Shown here one piece after another: positions 1 to 11,726 of a stretch of 64,000 nt of DNA (positions within the stretch are counted from its first letter, which is position 1; each line of letters begins with the position of its first letter). The position numbers and the translations under genes were made by a program. The stretch is from Alphaproteobacteria bacterium (lineage in GTDB: Bacteria; Pseudomonadota; Alphaproteobacteria; UBA8317). The DNA lies in contig JAYPQH010000005.1 in assembly GCA_038131935.1 (NCBI GenBank), positions 1-64,000 of the forward strand, in the 5' to 3' direction. Under the pieces are notes generated by a model. That model was not told the origin of the DNA. It saw only the letters and a list, made by a program, of their open reading frames with translations, and did not search any database.

Positions 1-3000
1 TAGCTTCGACTGGAAATGTGGTACGTCTGACGGTTCCCATCGAGAACGGAATATAGTTGTTGTTGGAGCTGATAGTAACGTTGCTCTGGATTTAGACGCC
101 ATTGTTCAAAGTTACACGCAGGAGGACAAGGGGTCAGTTAACTAGCTCTGCATCTTCAGTTGATCACATTATCTGTTGATGCCGTTAACTTTAGCTTAGA
201 GACTGATGGCTCTATAACCCAATCTGGTAACATTCTGATCCGCAGGGTCATGAATCTAACGGCTGATGAAATTGTTCTCTCGCAGGATACGAACCAAATA
301 TCAGGCACGTTACAATTAGCGGCTAGAACAGCGACAGTCTCTCGACGCTCTCAGATGTCACAGTTAATGGGGTGTGGTGAGTCATTAACAGTTGAGGCTA
401 CGAGTGATAATGTAGTTTTAGAATAATCTTGTATTTGGGACTGCTTCGATTGATGCATTGGGGTAATGTTACACAATCTGCGGAGGTACTAAGACAGTAG
501 GAGATATTCTTTCTGTTTCTGCAGCTGGTGGCTGCTGTTGTCTAGGGATCCGGTGATCTTGAAGGCAAATACGTCAAGTATATTGACTATCCAGGACGCG
601 AACGACTTGGTTATAGCTGCTGAAGCTGCATCGCAGTTTTTTGGATATTGAGGGTCAACTGGGTACTTCCAGGTAACGGAGTAGTTCGTACGGGGCTCAT
701 TGGTTGGTTCAACAGGAAGTTTTGCAATTGATACAGCGGTTGGGTCGTTGATCTTATGGCGGAAGGGATCTATACGAATTTCAGGATGCTGATAATATTC
801 AAATTGACAGTCTAAAAGTCTAAACGGAGGTGATATATCTATCACCGCGCCGAAGCTATCGATCACGGTTGGAGCTGAGGGTGACTTAGAGCAAATAGCC
901 ACCAGTGGTGATGTTACGTTTGAGACAGAGTCAGTTACCTTGGAGGAGAGGTTCACTTAAGTGGTGACATAGTGATCAATGCTAGCGGCACGGTCACCTT
1001 TGAGGACACTGTCACCCTCTACGAAGGTGCAGACCTTATTGTTGAGGGGGCTTCAGATGTTGTTCTTCTTGGAGGCATTAGGTTTGTTGGAGCTGATGCA
1101 ACTGAGAGTAGCATGGTATTGCGATCGGCTTCAGATACGGATTCGCTTGTCTTTGAGTCACTTCTTGGGCTCTGGGCTAGGGAGACTGCTACTGGTTTAT
1201 CGTTGGACAGCAATGCATTCACAATAGGAGGTCTGCAATACTTCGAACTCACTGGTAATGCTCAGTCAACGGGGGTTGGCACGATTCAGCTTAATGCCCG
1301 ATCACTTGATGTTGGCTTCCCGGATGGTGTCAGTGACGGTTCTATATCAGCCGAGACGATTATGATCAGCGTGACTGAATCTGATCTTGATCTGTCGTTG
1401 GATCTGAACGCCACTGATGTTTCAATTGATGTTGCGGGTTCGATTGGAGCGAGAGGGTCTGCACTTGATGTGAACGCTGATAGGGTTGTTGTGCATGCTG
1501 GTGGAGATGCTTATCTTGGGTCGTCCTCGCAGGATTTGGTTTTAAGCTCGGTTGTTGTGGGTGGAACGTTTGGAATAGCTTCGACTGGAAATGTTACGTC
1601 TGACGGTTCCATCCAGGCAGATATGGTTGTTGTTGGAGCTGATGGTAACGTTGCTCTGGATTTAGACGCCAGTGGTATCGAAGTTACAGGAGGACAGGAG
1701 GTCCAGTTAACTAGCTCTGCATCTTCGGTTGATCTGATATCTGTTGATGCCGTTAACTTTAGCTTAGAGACTGATGGCTCTATAACCCAATCTGGTAACA
1801 TTCTGATCACAGGGTCCTTAGATCTAACGGCTGATGAAATTGTTCTCTCGCAGGATACGAACCAAATATCAGGCACGTTACAATTAGCGGCTAGAACAGC
1901 GACAGTCTCGACGCTCTCAGATGTCACAGTTAGTGGGGTATTGAGTGAGTCATTAACGGTTGAGGCTACGGGTGATAATGTAGTTTTGGGTAATCTTGCA
2001 TTTGGGACTGCTTCGATTGATGCATTGGGTAATTTGGGTGGGTACTAAGACAGTAGGAGATGTTCTTTCTGTTTTGCAGCTGGTGGCATTGTTGGGGGAT
2101 CTAGGTGATCTTGAGGCTGGTGATAATGTAGTTTTGGGTAATCTTGCATTTGGGACTGCTTCGATTGATGCATTGGGTAATGTTACACAATCTGCGGGTA
2201 CTAAGACGGTAGGAGATGTTCTTTCTGTTTCTGCAGCTGGTGGCTTAACATTGTCTGGGGATCTAGGTGATCTTGAGGCAAATACGTCTGGTACATTGAC
2301 TATCCAGGACGCGAACGACTTGGTTATAGCTGCTGAAGCTGCATCACTGGTTTTGGATATTGAGGGTCAACTGAGTACTTCAGGTAACGGAGTAGTCCGT
2401 ACGGGCTCATTGGTTGGTTCAGCAGGAAGTTTTGCAATTGATACAGCGGTTGAGTCTGTTGATCTTATAGCGGAGGGATCTATACAGATTTCGGATGCTG
2501 ATACTATTCAAATTGACAGTCTAAGAAGTCTAAACGGAGGTGATATATCTATCACCGCGCTTGGCTCGATCACGGTTGGAGCTGAGGGTGACTTAGAGCA
2601 AATAGCCACCAGTGGTGATGTTACGTTTGAGACGGAGTCAGTTACCTTTGGAGGAGAGGTTCACTTAAGTGGTGACATAGTGATCAATGCTAGCGGCACG
2701 GTCACCTTTGAGGACACTGTCACCCTCTACGAAGGTGCAGACCTTATTGTTGAGGGGGCTTCAGATGTTGTTCTTCTTGGAGGCATTAGGTTTGTTGGAG
2801 CTGATGCAACTGAGAGTAGCATGGTATTGCGATCGGCTTCAGATACGGATTCGCTTGTCTTTGAGTCACTTCTTGGGCTCTGGGCTAGGGAGACTGCTAC
2901 TGGTTTATCGTTGGACAGCAATGCATTCACAATAGGAGGTCTGCAATACTTGGAACTCACTGGTAATGCTCAGTCAACGGGGTTGGCACGATTCAGCTTA

Positions 3001-6000
3001 ATGCCCGATCACTTGATGTTGGCTTCCCGGATGGTGTCAGTGACGGTTCTATATCAGCCGAGACGATTATGATCAGCGTGACTGAATCTGATCTTGATCT
3101 GTCGTTGGATCTGAATGCCACTGATGTTTCAATTGATGTTGCGGGTTCGATTGGAGCGAGAGGTTCGGCACTTGGTGTGAACGCTGATAGGGTTGTTGTG
3201 CATGCTGGTGGAGATGCTTATCTTGGGTCGTCCTCGCAGGATTTGGTTTTAAGCTCGGTTGTTGTGGGTGGAACGTTTGGAATAGCTTCGACTGGAAATG
3301 TTACGTCTGACGGTTCCATCCAGGCAGATATGGTTGTTGTTGGAGCTGATGGTAACGTTGCTCTGGATTTAGACGCCAGTGGTATCGAAGTTACAGGAGG
3401 ACAGGAGGTCCAGTTAACTAGCTCTGCATCTTCGGTTGATCTGATATCTGTTGATGCCGTTAACTTTAGCTTAGAGACTGATGGCTCTATAACCCAATCT
3501 GGTAACATTCTGATCACAGGGTCCTCAGATCTAACGGCTGATGAAATTGTTCTCTCGCAGGATACGAACCAAATATCAGGCACGTTACAATTAGCGGCTA
3601 GAACAGCGACAGTCTCGACGCTCTCAGATGTCACAGTTAGTGGGGTATTGAGTGAGTCATTAACGGTTGAGGCTACGGGTGATAATGTAGTTTTGGGTAA
3701 TCTTGCATTTGGGACTGCTTCGATTGATGCATTGGGTAATGTTACACAATCTGCGGGTACTAAGACGGTAGGAGATGTTCTTTCTGTTTCTGCAGCTGGT
3801 GGCTTAACATTGTCTGGGGATCTAGGTGATCTTGAGGCTACGGGTGATAATGTAGTTTTGGGTAATCTTGCATTTGGGACTGCTTCGATTGATGCATTGG
3901 GTAATGTTACACAATCTGCGGGTACTAAGACGGTAGGAGATGTTCTTTCTGTTTCTGCAGCTGGTGGCTTAACATTGTCTGGGGATCTAGGTGATCTTGA
4001 GGCAAATACGTCTGGTACATTGACTATCCAGGACGCGAACGACTTGGTTATAGCTGCTGAAGCTGCATCACTGGTTTTGGATATTGAGGGTCAACTGAGT
4101 ACTTCAGGTAACGGAGTAGTCCGTACGGGCTCATTGGTTGGTTCAGCAGGAAGTTTTGCAATTGATACAGTGGTTGAGTCTGTTGATCTTATAGCGGAGG
4201 GATCTATACAGATTTCGGATGCTGATACTATTCAAATTGACAGTCTAAAGAAGTCTAAACGAGGTGATATATCTATCACCGCGCTTGGCTCGATCACGGT
4301 TGGAGCTGAGGGTGACTTAGAGCAAATAGCCACCAGTGGTGATGTTACGTTTGAGACGGAGTCAGTTACCTTTGGAGGAGAGGTTCACTTAAGTAGTGAC
4401 ATAGTGATCAATGCTAGTGGCACGGTCACCTTTGAGGACACTGTCACCCTCTATGAAGGTGCAGACCTTATTGTTGAGGGGGCTTCAGATGTTGTTCTTC
4501 TTGGAGGCATTAGGTTTGTTGGAGCTGATGCAACTGAGAGTAGCATGGTATTGCGATCGGCTTCAGATACGGATTCGCTTGTCTTTGAGTCACTTCTTGG
4601 GCTCTGGGCTAGGGAGACTGCTACTGGTTTATCGTTGGACAGCAATGCATTCACAATAGGAGGTCTCCAATACTTCGAACTCACTGGTAATGCTCAGTCA
4701 ACGGGGGTTGGCACGATTCAGCTTAATGCCCGATCACTTGATGTTGGCTTCCCGGATGGTGTCAGTGACGGTTCTATATCAGCCGAGACGATTATGATCA
4801 GCGTGACTGAATCTGATCTTGATCTGTCGTTGGATCTGAATGCCACTGATGTTTCAATTGATGTTGCGGGTTCGATTGGAGCGAGAGGGTCTGCACTTGA
4901 TGTGAACGCTGATAGGGTTGTTGTGCATGCTGGTGGAGATGCTTATCTTGGGTCGTCCTCGCAGGATTTGGTTTTAAGCTCGGTTTGTTGTGGGTGGAAC
5001 GTTTGGAATAGCTTCGACTGGAAATGTTACGTCTGACGGTTCCATCCAGGCAGATATGGTTGTTGTTGGAGCTGATGGTAACGTTGCTCTGGATTTAGAC
5101 GCCAGTGGTATCGAAGTTACAGGAGGACAGGAGGTCCAGTTAACTAGCTCTGCATCTTCGGTTGATCTGATATCTGTTGATGCCGTTAACTTTAGCTTAG
5201 AGACTGATGGCTCTATAACCCAATCTGGTAACATTCTGATCACAGGGTCCTTAGATCTAACGGCTGATGAAATTGTTCTCTCGCAGGATACGAACCAAAT
5301 ATCAGGCACGTTACAATTAGCGGCTAGAACAGCGACAGTCTCGACGCTCAGTTCATTGATGTCACAGTTACGGGTGATAATGTAGTTTTGGGTAATCTTG
5401 CATTTGGGACTGCTTCGATTGATGCATTGGGTAATGTTCAATCTGCGGGTACTAGACGGTTGATGTTCTTTTCTGTTTCTGCAGCTGGTGGTGATAATGA
5501 TCTAGGTGATTTGAGGCTACGGGTGATAAATAATCTTGCATTTGGGACTGCTTCGATTGATGCATTGGGTAATGTTACACAATCTGCGGGTACTAAGACG
5601 GTAGGAGATGTTCTTTCTGTTTCTGCAGCTGGTGGCTTAACATTGTCTGGGGATCTAGGTGATCTTGAGGCAAATACGTCTGGTACATTGACTATCCAGG
5701 ACGCGAACGACTTGTTCTTTCTGTTATAGCTGCTGGGGAAGCTGCATCACTGGTTTTGGATATTGAGGGTCAACTGGAGTACTTCAGGTAACGGAGTAGT
5801 TCGTACGGGCTCATTGGTTGGTTCAGCAGGAAGTTTTGCAATTGATACAGCGGTTGAGTCTGTTGATCTTATAGCGGAGGATCTATGCAGATTTCGGATG
5901 CTGATACTATTCAAATTGACAGTCTAAGAAGTCTAAACGGAGGTGATATATCTATCACCGCGCTTGGCTCGATCACGGTTGGAGCTGAGGGTGACTTAGA

Positions 6001-6023
6001 GCAAATAGCCACCAGTGGTGATG
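1..6023 (+). repeat. Long near-identical tandem repeat, about 3.6 units of 1.56-1.73 kb
   Basis: The marker tagcttcgactggaaatg occurs at 1, 1576, 3283 and 5009. Identical shadow ORFs start at 979, 2687 and 4411. The last unit diverges into unique sequence after ...accagtggtgatgt at about 6023. Confidence 0.95.
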
Positions 6024-7208
6024 TGGCGTTAGAGGCTGGGTCTGGTATTGGTGGATTCGAAGCGTTGAGATTAGGAGTGCATGCGGCACAACTCTCTGTG
6101 CAAGCTGGATCGACCGATCCGGATGCGGACGTTTACATTTACAGTGGCTCCGATATCAACGTGGATGATACTGGGATTCGTAATATGGCTCGCGAAGGAT
6201 GGTTGTTGTTGACTTATATGAGTCAACTGACTGGGAAAGATAAAATATTTAGTGAGAGTGAAAATGTTTTGTTATTGCAGACCGAGAAATCCTTTTCGGA
6301 GGAGGATGCAGCTACACTTTTGAGCTCCAAAGACGATGCTAAAGGTCGTCCGGTAGTTGCGAGCTCAGAAATGCTACAAGAAATGCGATCAACGGCTCGG
6401 GTCGGCGAAGTGCTGCATGTTTCTACTGCCGAGATTAGTGACAGCAACGGGATAGGTAGTGATTTCTTATATGTTTGGTTGCGAGATGGGGTGATTATAG
6501 ATGGTCAAAATACGGAAACCTACAGCCTTACGAGAGCTGATGTTGGGTCAGCTATCATAGCTAGGGTTGGGTTTACGGATGATGCCGGGTTCGCTGAAGA
6601 AGTCACAAGCGAAGGGGTAAAGGTGGCAGCCCAGCCATTCCATGAATTGCCTTTTAAACGCCAAGAGTCTGAACTTCTAATCGATTTCTCTGAGTTGCAA
6701 GTTGTAGATGATAATGAGCTGTACAAATCGATGCTTACATCTACGACTAGTCAAGTTGTTCGTCCAATGACGGTTACAGAGAAACTGAGTCAAATGGGTT
6801 ATAAGTCAAATGACTCAACTGGCTTAATGCGGCAAAGTGATAATGGCACTGTTGCGCAAGTCATATCAGAAATGTTTTCTAATCTGATCGAAGGTGTACG
6901 AGTTCAAGAAACAACAGATGAAGCTTTAGAAGCAACAGAGGCTGTGCAATCAACTGATGTGGATGAAGTCTCAGCTGATGAGTTAAAACCATCAAGTGAT
7001 GAATTTATTGAAACTGTAACTGATAGTGCCAACACAGATACTCATGTTGACTGGTGCTGATAGCAATACTGATGCTGATGTTGATGCTGGTACTGATACC
7101 AATACCAATACTGATGCTGATGTTGATGCGGGTACTGATAGCAATACTGATGCTGATGTTGATGCCAGTACTGATACCGATGCTGAACAACTTATGCTCA
7201 CTAGATAA
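1..7208 (+). CDS. 3' part of a giant repetitive surface protein/adhesin (haemagglutinin-like beta-strand repeats, C-terminal Ig-like domain, acidic tail); 5' end outside the window; broken by multiple frameshifts
   Basis: ORFs 160-426, 972-2048, 1996-3072, 3069-5036, 4990-5385, 5388-5729, 5885-7060 and 7026-7208 encode the same Gly/Ser/Thr/Val/Asp-rich repeated sequence in shifting frames. The module VGEVLHVSTAEISDSNG...YVWLRDG...TYSLTRADVGSAIIARVGFTDDAG resembles Ig-like domains of large adhesins. Confidence 0.8.
3667..4003 (+). repeat. Nested 165-bp (55-aa) direct sub-repeat, two copies in this unit
   Basis: ttgaggc recurs at 3667, 3832 and 3997. The peptide EATGDNVVLGNLAFGTASIDALGNVTQSAGTKTVGDVLSVSAAGGLTLSGDLGDL is duplicated. 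Confidence 0.93.
7055..7185 (+). repeat. About 36-bp minisatellite encoding an acidic TDSNTDADVDAG tail, 3-4 copies
   Basis: aatactgatgctgatgttgatgc occurs three times, with flanking degenerate copies. Confidence 0.9.
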
Positions 7209-7820
7209 TAAAGTGTAGGGGCATTTGCTGAAGGCGAATGTGTAACAAAAGATCTTCGAACCCTTGAGGTGCTTTGCTATGTGATTGATGGGTTTGGAAC
7301 AGCGCCAAGTCCTCTGCCGTCATATGAAATTCTTTGTGTTATGCTAGCGACATTCTCTAATTAAACTATTTCGAGGATGTCATTAAATTGATAAATGTTG
7401 AAGTTATCACACAATCTGTCAGGGTGAGTTAAATCAACTCCATCAATTTTGAATTGACACATCAAACTCATCCACTGATCGATGTGGACAATAATTGAAC
7501 ACTTAAGCAAAGAGCTATATCCTATGTATGAAACAAAGTTTTGATTGAATTGATATGTGATCAACTGAGCGTGTACTTTCCTCTGGTTAAGCAACTAATT
7601 GTTAAGGAACTCTATTAAATTTTGCAGGCGTTTAAATCAGATTACCTGTGATGTGATCATCTGCCAGACTAATTGTTCGGTAGTTAGTTAAATATTAACC
7701 CAAAATGCCGGAGTTAAAAGTTAATAAGAAATCAATCTTATGCGGTATGAATACACTATTCTTATGCACTCTTAGGTTTAACTTATAAAGTAATATGTAA
7801 AATAATTGGGAGTGTTGGCC

Positions 7821-8219
7821 ATGCCTTCTACTGCAAGCATCACCTTGCAACAGTTTAAAATCAAGCCAAATATCGGTGTCTATGAAGCTGATGATATTGT
7901 GCCCGATTACCATCTTTTGGACCTGACTCTATCGCTTTCACCACGAAAATTGCTGATAGATGAAGACAGTATGGCTCACGTTTTTGATTATGACCCTTTG
8001 GTAACAAAGATCAAAGAGCTTGCTTCACAGCAGCACTACATGACCCAAGAGTATTTGCTTTTTCGTATCGTTCGGTGCTGTTTTGATGAAGACGACATCA
8101 GGGGGGTGAATGCTTGGCTGCGAAAATTTCCAGTTGATACAACAGGTCAACTTGGTGTGCGTATAGATCTTTGTCGAAAAGATTTTGATTCCATGTTCAA
8201 ACCTGATGAGCATCGCTGA
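7821..8219 (+). CDS. Dihydroneopterin aldolase-like protein (FolB family)
   Basis: The pattern IGVY...LLDLTL...FDYDPLVTKI...QHYMTQEYL...WLRK matches the FolB fold. GGAG RBS precedes ATG 7821. Confidence 0.65.
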   Translation: MPSTASITLQQFKIKPNIGVYEADDIVPDYHLLDLTLSLSPRKLLIDEDSMAHVFDYDPLVTKIKELASQQHYMTQEYLLFRIVRCCFDEDDIRGVNAWLRKFPVDTTGQLGVRIDLCRKDFDSMFKPDEHR

Positions 8220-8293
8220 GTTCAGTCTAACATCCTTGCGCATGGGTTCATTGTTGTAGGAAGGTTGGGCAAAATCTTAAAGGAGATAATATC

Positions 8294-8914
8294 ATGCAGG
8301 CCTTGGATTTACAGATTGCTGTCACACCAACCTCACCTTACGCCACCATCGTGCGCTTGGCAGCTTGCTTGAAAGAAATAGAGAAAGATATTGCTTGGTT
8401 TTGGACAAAGACGCGCATTCCTAATGATCCAATGTTACAATATCATCCATCTGGCAGGATTCCGTTTGCTCGATTTACAGATGGCAGTGTTGTTGAAGAA
8501 ACTTCCCTCATTGTTTCGTATCTAGATAGCCTGGCCAAACCTCAATTGGTTTTGGCTCCTGATCCTAAAAATCCAAGCCAACGTTATGAAGCCACCGCTC
8601 GGGCCATGATGGATGGGTTGGCAGTTTGGGCGCGTGAAGTGATACGTCCTAAAGACGAACAATCTCCAAGCATCATTAGGCATGAGGTAGAGAGGGCAAC
8701 ACGTCTTTGCCAATATTTTGAACAACATGTGCATGAAGATAGTTTTCATGGGGATGTCAATTTGCTGCAGTTATACCTCTTTGCATCCTTGCGCATCGAT
8801 CAACGACTTCCTGAATTCCAATGGCGCGCATCCCATCCCAAATTGTTGCAATGGTGGAATGTCTTCGTAAAACAAGATTTTGTGGTGCGTACTGAGAATA
8901 TGAAGCCTCAATAA
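8294..8914 (+). CDS. Glutathione S-transferase family protein
   Basis: TSPYATIVR and HPSGRIP...DGSVVEETSLIVSYLD N-terminal GST motifs, C-terminal HPKLLQWW, and an AGGAG RBS. Confidence 0.8.
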   Translation: MQALDLQIAVTPTSPYATIVRLAACLKEIEKDIAWFWTKTRIPNDPMLQYHPSGRIPFARFTDGSVVEETSLIVSYLDSLAKPQLVLAPDPKNPSQRYEATARAMMDGLAVWAREVIRPKDEQSPSIIRHEVERATRLCQYFEQHVHEDSFHGDVNLLQLYLFASLRIDQRLPEFQWRASHPKLLQWWNVFVKQDFVVRTENMKPQ

Positions 8915-9057
8915 ATTGGCTTGAGCCATAGATAAGCTGAGGGGGCAGTCCTTCATTAGGAATAAGGTGCAACAAGTTTTGGTTTCTGCATCAAAAAACA
9001 CGCTTAGATTTGATCTTTTGAGCAAACAAACAAGTGTCAACGAAAGGGCAAGAGAGA

Positions 9058-9495
9058 ATGAAACGACGCGAAGGAGACCCTTGGATGCCTGCGGCAACAT
9101 TAGGGGCGCAATTAAAAGCTGTTGGTATCAATCTATTGGTGGAGGAGATTGCGCGGTCGATCATGTTTCAAAAACAAGTACTTTGCGCAAAAGTCTTGTA
9201 TGAAGATCCTGATTTTGCTTTCCTGGAAGCTCAAGGCAGTCAATGGATGGTTCATGCCTTTCACACTTATGAAAACCATCCCTTTGCCCAATATAGCCGA
9301 AACAATAGAGGTGGTGGAATAGAATTGCGCGTTTACGGATGTGATCCTGATCAAGCTGCAGCCAATGCTGGTGATGTTGGTGGTGTTGTGCTGTGCGCTC
9401 CTCAGGACAAACCTCATGGTTTGCGAGAGGCTTATATTCAATGCCCTGATGGTTATGTTTGGGTACCTAGTTTAGCCATTGGTCCCAACGTCTAG
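9058..9495 (+). CDS. VOC/glyoxalase family protein
   Basis: INLLV...YEDPDFA...PQDKPHGLREAYIQCPDGYVW. Confidence 0.85.
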   Translation: MKRREGDPWMPAATLGAQLKAVGINLLVEEIARSIMFQKQVLCAKVLYEDPDFAFLEAQGSQWMVHAFHTYENHPFAQYSRNNRGGGIELRVYGCDPDQAAANAGDVGGVVLCAPQDKPHGLREAYIQCPDGYVWVPSLAIGPNV

Positions 9496-9528
9496 AAAGA
9501 GCCATCCTTGAGCTTGTTTGTCGATGAT

Positions 9529-9562
9529 CCAGCGCCACCTCTCATAGGCGGCGCTGGTTTTT
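9529..9562. terminator. Intrinsic terminator between convergent genes
   Basis: ccagcgcc...ggcgctgg stem followed by ttttt. Confidence 0.75.
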
Positions 9563-9572
9563 CTCTACGGGA

Positions 9573-10784
9573 TCAGGATGCTTTCTTGAATGAGCCTGGT
9601 CTCTTTTTTCCACCACGATGAAAAGGCTTTTTTGCTTTCTGCGCACGATTTTGAGGGTTATTGGGACGGGCGCGTCTTGGTTTCTTTTCTTCGCGTGGTT
9701 GGTCGGGATTAAGCAAGCGATCAATAGCTTTCCATTTGCCACGTTCAGATGGTGCAATAAAGTTTAAGGCTTCACCTTTAGCCCCAGCCCGTGCCGTACG
9801 TCCAATGCGGTGAATGTAGTCCTCAGGGCATTGTGGCAAATCGAAATTGATAACATGGGCAATATGCGGAATATCAAGCCCACGCGCGGCAACATCAGTG
9901 GCCACAAGGATCCGATATTTTTTGTTGCGAAAAGCACTTATCACACGATTGCGTTGATTTTGTCGTAAATCACCATGGATGGCATCTGCCTGCAATCCAT
10001 CTTGTCCAAGCTTGCGTGCGATTTTTTCAGAATCAGTTTTGGTTTTGACAAAAACAATCACTGTTCCTTCTCGCTTGCCCAATTGCTGCAAAAGGGTTGG
10101 GTATTTTTCATCATCACGTAAGTGTAAAAACTCTTGGGTGATGTTTTCTGCTGGCGAAGAGGTGGCGGCTACCTGCACATGCTCAGGCTCATGAAGGTAG
10201 TTTTGAGCAATCCTCAAAATTGATTTTGGTAAGGTTGCAGAAAACATGAGTGTTTGTGGCTTTTCGTCCATATGCTTCATGATTTCATCGATTTGTTCAG
10301 AAAAACCCATGTCCAACATGCGGTCGGTTTCGTCGAGCACAAGGTAGTTCAGCGCGTTTAACTTCAAGGTTTTGCGTTTCAGGTGATCATTGATCCGTCC
10401 AGGGGTGCCCACAACAAGGCGAGGTTGACTACGCAATTGGTTCAACTGCTTGGGCATGGCTTCGCCACCAATCAGTAAGGCCGAACGAATTTTTGATTTT
10501 TTGCCCAACATGGTCCGGAGTTGTTCAATAACTTGTGCGGCTAGCTCTCGGGTTGGTGTGATCACCATAGCCTGCGCATCAGGATTTTCCATCAATTGGC
10601 TTACCAGGGGAATCCCGTAAGCGCCTGTTTTCCCAGTTCCTGTTTGTGCGGATCCCAAAATATCCTTGCCGTTTAAAGCAAGAGGGATGGCTTGGGATTG
10701 AATGGGTGTTGGTTTTGCAAATTGCATATGTGCCAACGTATGCTGTAATGCCTCAGGGAGTTGAATGTCTTGGAAAGTTTCCAC
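9573..10784 (-). CDS. DEAD-box ATP-dependent RNA helicase
   Basis: Q motif PTPIQ, AQTGTGKT, PTRELA, TPGR, DETD (motif II variant), SAT, HRIGRTAR and a basic C-terminal tail. Confidence 0.97.
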   Translation of the reverse strand: METFQDIQLPEALQHTLAHMQFAKPTPIQSQAIPLALNGKDILGSAQTGTGKTGAYGIPLVSQLMENPDAQAMVITPTRELAAQVIEQLRTMLGKKSKIRSALLIGGEAMPKQLNQLRSQPRLVVGTPGRINDHLKRKTLKLNALNYLVLDETDRMLDMGFSEQIDEIMKHMDEKPQTLMFSATLPKSILRIAQNYLHEPEHVQVAATSSPAENITQEFLHLRDDEKYPTLLQQLGKREGTVIVFVKTKTDSEKIARKLGQDGLQADAIHGDLRQNQRNRVISAFRNKKYRILVATDVAARGLDIPHIAHVINFDLPQCPEDYIHRIGRTARAGAKGEALNFIAPSERGKWKAIDRLLNPDQPREEKKPRRARPNNPQNRAQKAKKPFHRGGKKRPGSFKKAS

Positions 10785-11341
10785 GTAGATGTCCTAACGG
10801 TTGATGGAAAAGCCAAAGCATTTACATGAACGCTTCAGATTGGCCCATCAGGGTTTCAAAAATAGGCGCAACATATTTGTTGTTTAGGAAGGTTGATCCA
10901 AGACAAAATTCACCCTCACCTTGTTTTCAACAAAGTGTACCGTACCAAAGAATTGACCCTATTGAGTTGTACCAATAAGGTTAACATCAAGTGCCGGTAT
11001 AGTGGATCATTTTTGTCATGATGAACATTCACAAAAATACCAAATTGGCCGCGTTGTCAGTGCGTGAAAATGAAAGGCTTTCAAACACCACATTCAAACG
11101 CGTAAGGCCTCAATAACATCCCAATCCAAGGATTTTCATCCTGAACTGGAGAAGTTCACATGGCATTTCGTGCATGAATGAAGATGCTGTGTGACGTAAA
11201 ACGCGAAAGATTGCAACAAAATAATGATGGAACTATCTGCGCTGATCGCAATTGTTGCCATTTGTATGTTGCACGCCCTGTTCGTGGCGATATGTCGCGC
11301 TATGTTTAAGGTGAAGATGTATTTGGTCATACGGTGTTGTT

Positions 11342-11719
11342 ATGAAAAATGTTCGAAATTATGGGGGAAGCCCGCTTTGTAGGTTTGACAGGCAGACCAA
11401 CCAATATGTTTTTGATATTGGTACAGCTGAAGTCAGCTTTGATGATGCTGCAAAAATTTATGGTAAGGATGCTGCAATTTCGGCTTTGTTGCTTGCTAAG
11501 GGGCCTAAACAACCAACCATAGGTCATGAAAATTTTTCTGAAGAGAAAGCGCAACCTAGCCAAGATATCAACAAACAAATTGCTTTGCTTGAAGTTTTAG
11601 CGCTTGGCTGTAAAAAACATCCATCATATCGAGCCATAAGGAAAGCAACCGGTAAATGTGATGATTGCGTTGTGGTGTGGAATGCACGCCAAGAGCTACA
11701 GAATTTCTATCTTGGTTGA
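11342..11719 (+). CDS. Hypothetical protein with a C-terminal C-x2-H-x12-C-x2-C putative Zn-binding motif
   Basis: 125-aa ORF containing CKKHPSYRAIRKATGKCDDC. Confidence 0.55.
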   Translation: MKNVRNYGGSPLCRFDRQTNQYVFDIGTAEVSFDDAAKIYGKDAAISALLLAKGPKQPTIGHENFSEEKAQPSQDINKQIALLEVLALGCKKHPSYRAIRKATGKCDDCVVVWNARQELQNFYLG

Positions 11720-11726
11720 TGGGGCG

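Noticed and set aside
979-5441. Recurrent 77-, 82- and 138-aa ORFs in other frames and strands
   Set aside because: They are shadows of the adhesin repeat and recur only because the DNA is duplicated.
1-7200. Repeats as a CRISPR array, DGR template/variable repeat pair or IS copies
   Set aside because: The repeats are contiguous coding units without unique spacers, adenine-specific mismatches, terminal inverted repeats, or any cas, RT or transposase gene.
10320-10345. DETD in place of DEAD in the helicase
   Set aside because: It is a known motif II variant in some alphaproteobacterial helicases, and all other motifs are intact.
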